Made by a program: the position numbers and the translations under genes
Notes under the pieces: model-generated
What the model was told of the DNA's origin: nothing
Databases searched by the model: none
Seen by the model: only the letters and a program-made list of their open reading frames with translations
Shown here: piece by piece, positions 27,519-36,028 of the stretch
Position numbering within the stretch: the stretch's first letter is position 1
Layout: each line of letters starts with the position of its first letter
Assembly: GCA_017476885.1 (NCBI GenBank)
Contig: JAFUYX010000039.1
Span: 1 to 46,557, forward strand
Length of the DNA: 46,557 nt
Reading direction: 5' to 3'
From: Bacilli bacterium
GTDB lineage: Bacteria > Bacillota_I > Bacilli_A > RF39 > UBA660

Positions 27519-29660
27519 ATGAAAATAGAAAAACAAATGGAGGAATTTCTTGATGCTTGTGGTAAGGTATTGTCTTCCAGTGATCTAGAGAGCATTAAGA
27601 AAGTTTTAATTTATGCTCAAGAAAAGTATGATGGAGTAAAAAGATTAAATGGGAGTCCTTATTTTGAACATGCCATCGATGTAGCGCGAATTTTGCTGGA
27701 TTTTGGGGCAGATGTGGTTACTTTAACCGTCGCTATTTTGCATGGTGTCATTAATAATTCTGAAGTTTCTAAAGAAGAATTGGAAGAGAATTTTGGCAGT
27801 GAAGTAGCTGATTTGGTTGACGTTGTTTCTAAACTGAATCGTCTTGAATTGCAAGATGATTCTGAACATTCTGCACTTTCTTTAAGAAAAGTCCTTGTAG
27901 GGATGAGTGAAGATGTAAGAGTTTTGTTTTTGAAACTTGCTGATCGTTTACAAAATTTGAGGACTGCTCAGGAAATTTCTGAAGAGGAAAGAAAAAAAAT
28001 GGTTCAAGATACGATGTCAGTTTTAATCCCAATTGGACATCGGCTTGGAGTTTCGCGAATTACTAGTGAAATGGAAGATTTATGCCTTCGTTATTCTAAA
28101 CCAGATGTGTATCAAGATATTTTGGAACGATTGAATGTTAGCAAAGAAGAACTTAAAGATTCTTTGAGTGAAATGGAACAAGATCTTTCAGAAATGTTGA
28201 TGGAACAGAGCATTCCTTTTCGGATTAAGAGTCGTGTAAAGAGTGTCTATAGTATTTATAATAAACTAAGTAATGGAAAAAAATGGGAAAACATCTATGA
28301 TATTTTGGCATTGAGAATCATTGTAGAAACGATTCCTCAATGTTATTTGACTATTGGTTTAATTCACGCTAAATATCGACCTATTCCGGGTAGATTTAAG
28401 GACTATATTGCTATTCCTAAAGCTAATATGTATCAAAGTTTACATACAGGAGTTTTTGGAAGTGATGGACATCGTTATGAGATTCAGGTTCGAACCGAAG
28501 AGATGGATGAATTTGCAGAAAAGGGATTCGCTGCTCATTTTGCTTATAAAGAAAAGCATAATAATAATGTCAAAAGTGTGATGGAACAAAAGTTGGAGAG
28601 TTTTAGAAACTTAATTGAATCGACTGATACTTTATCCGATATTGAATTTGAAGGAACCATTCAAAATGATTTATTAAATGAAAGTATTTATGTTTTTACG
28701 CCAAAAGGAGATGTTTTGGAACTTCCAAAGGGTTCTACTCCTCTTGATTTTGCATATCGGATTCATAGTGCAGTGGGGGATAGCACAGTTCAAGCTTTAG
28801 TTAATGATGTGAGTGTTCCCCTAGATTATGAACTTCATAATAATGATATTGTTAAAATCCGGACAAATCCTAGTGCAACTCCGAGCAAAGAATGGTTAAA
28901 TTATTGTAAAACATCTCATGCAAAAAATAAGATTAAAGCTTACTTTAGCAAGCAAGAAAAGGATATTTATACCGAAAAAGGAAAAGTGATTTTACAAAAT
29001 GAACTTCGTAAGAGAAAACTTTCTTTTGATACTGTTTTTGCTCCGGACAATTTAAAAAAGATTTTAAGTGATTTAAAACTAGAAGATTTAGAAGATTTAT
29101 ATTTTTCTATTGGATCGCTTCGATATACGGCCTCCTATATTATTAGTTTGGCTTCGGAAGATAAAAGTGAAGTTGTCGATCTTTATATGGAACGATTACT
29201 CGCTTCTAAACCTCAAAACCAAAAGAAGAATACCACAAGTGATGTTTTAGTAGGTGGAGAAGATCATATTTTAGTGTCTTTAGCAAAATGTTGTCATCCA
29301 ATCCTTGGAGATGAGATTAAAGGATATGTTACGAAGGGAGATGGCGTTTCGGTTCATAGAAGTAATTGTAAGAACTTACTTTCTAGTGAAGCAAGATTTA
29401 TTGATGTGGAATGGAGACCGATGTCCTATACTTACCTAGCCAAAGTGAAAGTAACCTGTGAATCTGGAAAAAATTATTTAATGGATCTTGTTGGAAAGGC
29501 CACAAGTAAGAATGTAACCATTGATTCTGTGAAGACAAAAAGTGATGATTCTAAAACAGTTTATGAATTAATGGTAAAAGTAGCTTCGAAGGATGAATTG
29601 GATCGTTTTATGGATAGTTTACTTCAATTTCAGTTTGTCGAAAGTGTGGAGAGAATATGA
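27519..29660 (+). CDS. relA: RelA/SpoT-homolog (p)ppGpp synthetase with a degenerate hydrolase domain
   Basis: Synthetase motifs are intact (YDILALRIIV, GRFKDYIAIPKANMYQSLHT, EIQVRTEEM). TGS, CCHP zinc-finger and ACT/RRM domains are present. The HD-domain motifs read LHGVINNS and DRLQNLRT instead of LHDVVEDT and DRLHNMRT. Confidence 0.9.
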   Translation: MKIEKQMEEFLDACGKVLSSSDLESIKKVLIYAQEKYDGVKRLNGSPYFEHAIDVARILLDFGADVVTLTVAILHGVINNSEVSKEELEENFGSEVADLVDVVSKLNRLELQDDSEHSALSLRKVLVGMSEDVRVLFLKLADRLQNLRTAQEISEEERKKMVQDTMSVLIPIGHRLGVSRITSEMEDLCLRYSKPDVYQDILERLNVSKEELKDSLSEMEQDLSEMLMEQSIPFRIKSRVKSVYSIYNKLSNGKKWENIYDILALRIIVETIPQCYLTIGLIHAKYRPIPGRFKDYIAIPKANMYQSLHTGVFGSDGHRYEIQVRTEEMDEFAEKGFAAHFAYKEKHNNNVKSVMEQKLESFRNLIESTDTLSDIEFEGTIQNDLLNESIYVFTPKGDVLELPKGSTPLDFAYRIHSAVGDSTVQALVNDVSVPLDYELHNNDIVKIRTNPSATPSKEWLNYCKTSHAKNKIKAYFSKQEKDIYTEKGKVILQNELRKRKLSFDTVFAPDNLKKILSDLKLEDLEDLYFSIGSLRYTASYIISLASEDKSEVVDLYMERLLASKPQNQKKNTTSDVLVGGEDHILVSLAKCCHPILGDEIKGYVTKGDGVSVHRSNCKNLLSSEARFIDVEWRPMSYTYLAKVKVTCESGKNYLMDLVGKATSKNVTIDSVKTKSDDSKTVYELMVKVASKDELDRFMDSLLQFQFVESVERI

Positions 29661-30091
29661 GAGTGGTTGTTCAAAGAGCACGGGATGCATCTGTAAGTGT
29701 TGAAAATCAAGTTGTTGGACATATTGATGAGGGATTAATGATTTTGGTAGGGTTTACTGAAGGAGACAATTTAGAAAAGATTCAATATCTTGCTAAAAAG
29801 TGTTTGAATTTAAGAATATTCCCTGATGAAAATGGGGTTATGAATAAAAGTGTCTTAGAGGTAGGAGGTTCTATTTTATCTGTTTCTCAGTTTACTTTGT
29901 ATGCTGATACGAACAAAGGAAATAGACCAAGCTATGTTCATGCCTTAAACGGAGATGAGGCTGTAAAATTGTATGATTGTTTTAATGAAGAATTGAGAAA
30001 AGAAGTGGTTGTTGAGACCGGTGTTTTTGGAGCTGATATGGAAGTTTCATTTACAAATATGGGACCGACTACAATTCTTATAGAACGGTAG
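29657..30091 (+). CDS. dtd: D-aminoacyl-tRNA deacylase
   Basis: MRVVVQRA N-terminus, SQFTLYADTNKGNRPS and GADMEVSFTNMGP. ATGA overlap with relA. Confidence 0.9.
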   Translation: MRVVVQRARDASVSVENQVVGHIDEGLMILVGFTEGDNLEKIQYLAKKCLNLRIFPDENGVMNKSVLEVGGSILSVSQFTLYADTNKGNRPSYVHALNGDEAVKLYDCFNEELRKEVVVETGVFGADMEVSFTNMGPTTILIER

Positions 30092-30097
30092 TTTTAT

Positions 30098-30520
30098 ATG
30101 GAATATAAAAGATTTGGAAGTCGGATTGTTGTAAGAATCGATAAGGGATAAGAAATATTAGAACAGATCAAAGAACTTGCTTTAAAGGAAAATATTAAAT
30201 TAGCTAGTATTGCAGGATTAGGAGCGGTTCATGATGTAACCGTAGGCGTGTTTAAAACGAAAGAAAAAAAATATTATGCAAATCATTTTGAAGGAGATAT
30301 GGAAATTGTATCTTTAACGGGTTCCATTAATACCATGAATCATGAGTTCTATTCTCACTTGCATATGGCAGTTGGTGATGAAAAGGGCAATGTCGTTGGA
30401 GGACATTTAAATAGGGCTGTTGTTTCGGCTACGGTTGAAATGTTTGTTGATGTTATTGATGGTGTTGTGGATAGAAAATTGGATGAAGAACTTGACTTAC
30501 ATTTATTTCAATTTGAATAA
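30098..30520 (+). pseudogene. PPC/DUF296-domain protein interrupted by an in-frame TAA
   Basis: MEYKRFGSRIVVRIDKG*EILEQIKELALKENIKLASIAGLGAV...GGHLNRAVVSATVEMFV. The single TAA at 30149-30151 sits where family members have E (GAA). The frame is otherwise continuous with ORF 30248-30520. Confidence 0.6.
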
Positions 30521-30619
30521 GAACTTGAAAGGGTTCTTTTTTGGTAGTTTCAATATTTGGTAGAACGTTGGTTCAATTTGCATTTGACTAAAGTGTTAAA
30601 TTGCTATACAATAGGAATG

Positions 30620-30830
30620 TATTTTTAAGCAAAGAACCAAGTACATGATATCCCTACTTTTAAGAGAAGGCTAGATGGTGGAAATGCCTAAAGCAAATAT
30701 TTTGGAACAACGTCTTAATGAATGCTTAAATCCGGATTATTTCCGTTATAAAATAATAAAGAGTACCTAGGTAAAGTAAGGTGGCACCGCGCGGGTTTTC
30801 GCGTCCTTACAATGCTTAGGTTTTTTCTAC
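30620..30830 (+). promoter_or_regulatory. T-box leader, candidate Asn (AAC) specifier
   Basis: TTGACT-17-TACAAT promoter at 30584-30612. AGAGA and GA-motif elements. AACA at 30706-30709 in the specifier region. Conserved T-box sequence AAGGTGGCACCGCG (30778-30791). A hairpin ending in TTTTTT (30821-30826). Confidence 0.8.
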
Positions 30831-30851
30831 TTAAAGAAAGGGTGAGGATTG

Positions 30852-32231
30852 ATGTATTTAAATGAATTGTGGAAGAAAAAGGAAGATTTTTTAGGAAAAG
30901 AAATTGTTGTAAAAGGATGGATTCGAAATCATAGACCTCAAAAGGAATTTGGATTTATTGATTTTAGTGATGGGACTTGTTTTAAACATTTGCAAATTGT
31001 TTATGATAAGAGTAATGATAATTTCTTAGAATATACTAAGTTATCGAATGGATCTTCTATTGAAGTCAAAGGTACTTTAATTAAAAGTGAAGGAAAAGGG
31101 CAAGATGTTGAGTTAAAAGCAAGTAGTATTGTTTTACTTGGTGATTGTAGTGAAGATTATCCTTTACAACCGAAGAAACATTCTATGGAGTTTTTTAGGG
31201 AGATTGCTTATCTTAGACCTAGAGCGAATACGTTTCAAGCAGTCTATCGAATCAGAAGTGTAGCAGCAATGGGAATACACGAGTATTTCCAAAGCCATGG
31301 TTATGTTTATGTGCATACTCCTTTATTTACCACAACGGATTGTGAAGGAGAAAACCAAATGTTTAAGGTTACAACACTAGATTTCAATAAGTTGCCTAGA
31401 ACTGAGCAAGGCGATGTTGATTTTTCAAAGGATTTATTTGGAAAAGAGACGTTTATTACTGGAACGGGTCAATTGCATGGTGAAGCATGTGCGATGGCAT
31501 TTAATAAAATTTATACGTTTGGGCCTACTTTTAGAACAGAAAAATCTAATACAAAAACCCATGCTAATGAATTTTGGATGATTGAACCTGAAATGGCTTT
31601 TATGGATTTAAATGATTTGATGGATGCCGAAGAAGAGATGTTAAAAAGTGTTGTAGGATATGTTTTAGAAAGATGTAGCGATGAAATTGATTTCTTAGAT
31701 AAATTTGTTTCGAATGGGTTAAGAGAGAAACTAGAAAATTTAGTGAAGTCTACGTTTGTAAGAATTACTCATCATGACGTGATTGATTTACTTAAGAAAG
31801 CAGATGTAGAGTGGGAGTTTGAGCCTGATTATGAAGGAGATATCGCCAAAGAACATGAAAAATATATTACTGAGTATTATTCTGCTCCAGTTTTCATAAC
31901 AAATTGGCCTAAGGATATTAAAGCTTGGTATATGAAGTTAAATGAGGATGGTAAGACGGTTGCAGCAGTAGACTTGGAAGTTCCTGGGTCTGGTGAATTG
32001 ATGGGTGGTTCTCAAAGAGAAGAAGATTTTGATAAATTAATGGAGCAAATTAAGACTCATCATGTTGATACCAAAGAAATTGAGTGGTATATTAATTTAA
32101 GAAGATATGGGGGATGTTATCACTCTGGTTATGGAATGGGATTTGAAAGACTTATTATGTATTTAACGGGTATTGAAAATATCAGAGATGTTATTTTGTT
32201 CCCTAGAACTCCAGGTAATTGTGATTTTTAA
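30852..32231 (+). CDS. asnS: Asparagine--tRNA ligase
   Basis: Class IIb layout. FRTEKSNTKTHANEFWMIEPEMAF motif 2 region. GGSQREE. GMGFERLIMYLTG motif 3. Confidence 0.9.
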   Translation: MYLNELWKKKEDFLGKEIVVKGWIRNHRPQKEFGFIDFSDGTCFKHLQIVYDKSNDNFLEYTKLSNGSSIEVKGTLIKSEGKGQDVELKASSIVLLGDCSEDYPLQPKKHSMEFFREIAYLRPRANTFQAVYRIRSVAAMGIHEYFQSHGYVYVHTPLFTTTDCEGENQMFKVTTLDFNKLPRTEQGDVDFSKDLFGKETFITGTGQLHGEACAMAFNKIYTFGPTFRTEKSNTKTHANEFWMIEPEMAFMDLNDLMDAEEEMLKSVVGYVLERCSDEIDFLDKFVSNGLREKLENLVKSTFVRITHHDVIDLLKKADVEWEFEPDYEGDIAKEHEKYITEYYSAPVFITNWPKDIKAWYMKLNEDGKTVAAVDLEVPGSGELMGGSQREEDFDKLMEQIKTHHVDTKEIEWYINLRRYGGCYHSGYGMGFERLIMYLTGIENIRDVILFPRTPGNCDF

Positions 32232-32488
32232 TGGCAAGGCATAATGATATGGAGTCTTGCTTTAAGGCTACTATAGATACGTTTCTTTTGTATCGGTACA
32301 ATAAAATATCGAAGTATCATTTAGATCATGGATTCTTTGAAGGGCTAAAAACGAATGCAAAAGAATTTTTGAATCTATATAATTTAGAACATCATAGTAG
32401 TTTATCACTTTATGAAGCATTGAAGGCTTATAACGAAGAAAGGAAGGAAAAATATGGAAATCAAATTCACCCATGGATTGGTAGATAA
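32231..32488 (+). CDS. Hypothetical 85-aa protein between asnS and gatC
   Basis: TAATG coupling to the asnS stop. No recognisable motif and no clear SD. Overlaps gatC by 35 nt. Confidence 0.35.
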   Translation: MARHNDMESCFKATIDTFLLYRYNKISKYHLDHGFFEGLKTNAKEFLNLYNLEHHSSLSLYEALKAYNEERKEKYGNQIHPWIGR

Positions 32489-32753
32489 ATATGCAAAAGA
32501 TTTAATGTTTGAATTAACTGAGGAAGAAAATCAAAATGTTTTAGACGAATTTGAAGTTATTAAAGAAAATATGGATTCGATTGCTGGAATGAAAAATATC
32601 AGTGATGTTGAGCCAATGACTCATCCTTTGGAATATGAGGATGTGGTTTTAAGAAATGATGAAGTAGGGGAAGAATTAAGTGTAGAAGAAGTTCTTTCTA
32701 ATGCTAAAGATAAAACATTAGAAGAAATTATTGTTCCAAAGGTGGTGGAATAA
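32454..32753 (+). CDS. gatC: Glu/Asp-tRNA amidotransferase subunit C
   Basis: AAGGAAGG RBS. The KYAKDLMFELTEEE...VEPMTHPLE pattern is typical of GatC. Confidence 0.85.
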   Translation: MEIKFTHGLVDKYAKDLMFELTEEENQNVLDEFEVIKENMDSIAGMKNISDVEPMTHPLEYEDVVLRNDEVGEELSVEEVLSNAKDKTLEEIIVPKVVE

Positions 32754-32754
32754 A

Positions 32755-34167
32755 ATGAAAAGTGTTCTATTAAATATTCATGATAAGCAAAAAGAACTGG
32801 ATAGAACTTTTGATGAGATTCAAGAGCATCAAAAAAATTATAATTCTTTTGTTACTCTTTTAGAAAAAGTACCTTTAAAAGAGGAAACTTCTTCTTTGTT
32901 AAGTAATGTGTGTTATGCCCTAAAAGATAATTATTCTACAAAAGGTATCTTAACTACGGCTTCCTCTAATACTTTAAGAGATTATATTCCACCTTTTAAT
33001 TCTACTGTTTATGAAAAACTAGAGGCTGCTGGGGCTATCTGTGTTGGAAAAACAGTTTTAGATGAATTTGGAATGGGTGGAACTGGGACGACAGGTCATA
33101 CTGGTGTTGTTAGAAATCCTTTTGATACGAGTCGTATTGCTGGAGGGTCTAGCGCTGGTTCTTGTGCTGCTGTGGCAAGCGGTTTAGTTCCTTTTGCTAT
33201 TGGTTCTGATACTGGCGATAGTGTCAGAAAACCAGCTGCTTACTGTGGAATTGTCGGGTATAAACCTACTTATGGAATGATTTCTAGATGGGGGATGTTG
33301 CCTTTTGCTAGTTCTTTAGATCATGTTGGAATTTTTACTCGTAGTGTGTTAGATGCTGCGATTGTAGCAGATGCTTTAAAGGGAAAAGATGAGAAAGATA
33401 TGACCACTTGGGATTCTTCTTCTATTCATTTGCAAGAATCAGTAGAAAATTCTAAGGATCAAAAATATAAATTATTCTATATTAAAGAGATAGTGGAGGA
33501 AGAAAATTATTCTAATATCAAGGAAAATCATCGTCAAGTGATTGAGAACTTTAATGCGGTCTTGGAACATTGTCAAAAGAATGGAATTTTGGTAGAAGGT
33601 GTTTCTATAGATAAGGATTTACTTGCTAAAATTCCTTCTGTTTATACATGTATTTCCTGTGCTGAGGCAACTAGCAATATGTCAAATTTAACTGGTATTT
33701 CTTTTGGGCCAAGAGAAAATGGTTCGAAAATTGATGAACTTATGACAAACTTTAGAACTAAGAATTTTTCGCCATTGATTAAGAGAAGATTTGTCATTGG
33801 CTCTTATGTATTACAAAGCGAGAATCAAGAAAAGTATTTTGTTAATGCACAAAGAGTTCGCAGACTTTTAGTTGAAGAATTAAAAAAATATTTTCAAGAG
33901 TATGATGGGCTTATTTTACCATGTTCTTCTAGTATTGCTAGTAAAATTGAAGATGCGAAAGATATGATGAAGAAAAGTGATGATTTAGCAATTTTAGAAA
34001 ATCATATGGCTCTAGGAAACTTTGGAGGATTTCCTAGCATCACCATTCCTTGTGGCAAGGTAGATGGTATGCCAATTGGGTTAAATATTACTGGAAATGT
34101 TTATGAAGATGAAAAAGTACTTTCTTTGGCTTCTAGAGTAGAAGAAATCATTGAGGAGGAGGTGTAG
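32755..34167 (+). CDS. gatA: Glu/Asp-tRNA amidotransferase subunit A
   Basis: Amidase signature GGSSAGSCAAVASG...GSDTGDSVRKPAAYCG. The ATG at 32755 follows GGTGGTGGA. Confidence 0.9.
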   Translation: MKSVLLNIHDKQKELDRTFDEIQEHQKNYNSFVTLLEKVPLKEETSSLLSNVCYALKDNYSTKGILTTASSNTLRDYIPPFNSTVYEKLEAAGAICVGKTVLDEFGMGGTGTTGHTGVVRNPFDTSRIAGGSSAGSCAAVASGLVPFAIGSDTGDSVRKPAAYCGIVGYKPTYGMISRWGMLPFASSLDHVGIFTRSVLDAAIVADALKGKDEKDMTTWDSSSIHLQESVENSKDQKYKLFYIKEIVEEENYSNIKENHRQVIENFNAVLEHCQKNGILVEGVSIDKDLLAKIPSVYTCISCAEATSNMSNLTGISFGPRENGSKIDELMTNFRTKNFSPLIKRRFVIGSYVLQSENQEKYFVNAQRVRRLLVEELKKYFQEYDGLILPCSSSIASKIEDAKDMMKKSDDLAILENHMALGNFGGFPSITIPCGKVDGMPIGLNITGNVYEDEKVLSLASRVEEIIEEEV

Positions 34168-34170
34168 AAA

Positions 34171-35589
34171 ATGGAATACGTACCAACGATTGGAATTGAA
34201 ATGCATTGTGAGATGAAGAGCAATAGTAAGGTTTTTTCACCAGCTGCAAATACCTATTCAAAACATTCCAACACGCATGTTTCTCCTATTGATATGGGGC
34301 TTCCTGGGGTATTACCTACTGTTAATAAGGAATGTGTTAGAAAGTCTATCATGATGGCTTCTATCTTACATTGCGAAATTCCTGAAGTATTGTGTTTTGA
34401 TCGAAAGAATTATTATTATCCTGATTTACCAAAAGGATTTCAAATTACCCAAAGTCACATGCCAATTGGTATCCATGGAGAAATTGAAGTGCCTTATGGA
34501 GAATCTACTTTAAAGGTAAAAATTCATGATATTCATCTTGAGGAAGATTCTGCCAAGATGGAACATTTGGAAAGAGAATCTTTAATTAACTATAACCGTG
34601 CTGGAGTTCCTTTGCTGGAACTTGTTACAGAACCTGTTTTTCATTCTATAGATGAGACGATTGCTTTCTTAGAGTACATTCGAAGAGTTTATCAATTTAC
34701 AGGGATTTCGGATGCGGATATGAAAAAGGGGCAAATTCGTTGCGATGTGAATGTTTCTATTAATGAGGAGGATGGTAGTCTTGGAACAAAGGTCGAAGTT
34801 AAGAACGTCAATTCTTTTTCCAATATTGAAAAAGTATTAGAATGCGAAATAAAACGTCAAATTCAGTTAATTGATAATGGAAAAAGAGATGAAATTGAAC
34901 AAGAAACAAGACGTTATGATGAGGCAACCAACTCTACTATTCGGATGCGTAGTAAAGTAGACGCCATTGACTACAAGTATTTTGTGGAACCTAACATTCC
35001 TAAGATTAAAATTGATCCCGATTGGGTCAAAGAAATACAAGACTCCATTATAGAACTTCCTCTGTCTAGAAGAAATCGATATCAAGCGTTAGGACTTACG
35101 AGTGAAGATATAAAGATTCTTTTAAGAGAAAGAACTATTTCTGATTATTTTGATGAATGCATTACCCTTGGTTGTGAAGCAAAAATGGCCTCTTCTTGGA
35201 TTACATCGATTATTTTAGCAAACTTAAAAGATGAGGAGTCTTCGATTGAAGATTTTAAAGTACAACCAAAAGATTTGGCTAAATTATTAAGTAAAGTTTT
35301 AGATAAGACGATTTCGAATAAGCAGGCAAAAGAGATTTTTGATAGAGTATTAAAGGAAGATATTTTGATGGAGAAAGCCATTGAAACTAGTGATGTTCAG
35401 ATATCAGATGAAGCTTATCTAGATTCTCTTGTTAAATCTATTGTAGAGGCTCATCCTAGTGAGGTAGAGGCCTATAAAAATGGAAGAACCAACTTGTTTA
35501 ATTTCTTTGTTGGAAATGTAATGAAAGAAACTAAAGGAAAGGCTAACCCTGTTTTAACAAAAGAAATTATAGAAAAATATTTACAATAA
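34171..35589 (+). CDS. gatB: Glu/Asp-tRNA amidotransferase subunit B
   Basis: IGIEMHCEM, NYYYPDLPKGFQITQ, NRAGVPLLELVTEP and a C-terminal GatB_Yqey-like tail. Confidence 0.9.
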   Translation: MEYVPTIGIEMHCEMKSNSKVFSPAANTYSKHSNTHVSPIDMGLPGVLPTVNKECVRKSIMMASILHCEIPEVLCFDRKNYYYPDLPKGFQITQSHMPIGIHGEIEVPYGESTLKVKIHDIHLEEDSAKMEHLERESLINYNRAGVPLLELVTEPVFHSIDETIAFLEYIRRVYQFTGISDADMKKGQIRCDVNVSINEEDGSLGTKVEVKNVNSFSNIEKVLECEIKRQIQLIDNGKRDEIEQETRRYDEATNSTIRMRSKVDAIDYKYFVEPNIPKIKIDPDWVKEIQDSIIELPLSRRNRYQALGLTSEDIKILLRERTISDYFDECITLGCEAKMASSWITSIILANLKDEESSIEDFKVQPKDLAKLLSKVLDKTISNKQAKEIFDRVLKEDILMEKAIETSDVQISDEAYLDSLVKSIVEAHPSEVEAYKNGRTNLFNFFVGNVMKETKGKANPVLTKEIIEKYLQ

Positions 35590-35617
35590 AAAAATCCGAT
35601 ATTTTCGGATTTTTTTA
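35587..35617. terminator. Bidirectional terminator shared by gatB and the XRE gene
   Basis: Stem ATCCGA/TCGGAT flanked by A8 and T6. Confidence 0.8.
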
Positions 35618-35836
35618 ACCTTTAGGATAAGGTTTTCTTTGATTGGTGAGACTTAACAAGTAATCTAGTGACACTCCATAGAAATTTGCTAGAATTATTA
35701 ATTTGTCGATAGGAATGACTCTGGCTCCTGTTTCATATCTTGAGTATTGTACTTGATTAATCTTTAAAACAGCAGCGATTTCTTTTTGAGTCAAGTCTCG
35801 ATCCTTTCGGATTTCCCTTAATCTTTCAATATTCAT
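35615..35836 (-). CDS. XRE-family helix-turn-helix regulator
   Basis: LTQKEIAAVLKINQVQYSRYETGARVIPIDKLIILANFYGVSLDYL is a classic HTH_3 sequence. GGTGAG RBS before MNIERL. Confidence 0.85.
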   Translation of the reverse strand: MNIERLREIRKDRDLTQKEIAAVLKINQVQYSRYETGARVIPIDKLIILANFYGVSLDYLLSLTNQRKPYPKG

Positions 35837-36028
35837 ACATCTCACCAAATTCATTGTGCCATACTTTTTAACTTTTATGTTTATATTATAACCGAATTGG
35901 GATAAAAAATCGACAGTTTTATTTTTTTTGTATACTTTATTCTGTTTATTATATTATATTTTATTTTATATCCTTGATTCTACAGACAAATAATGTTATA
36001 TTATATTTATAATAGAGGTGTATGAAAA

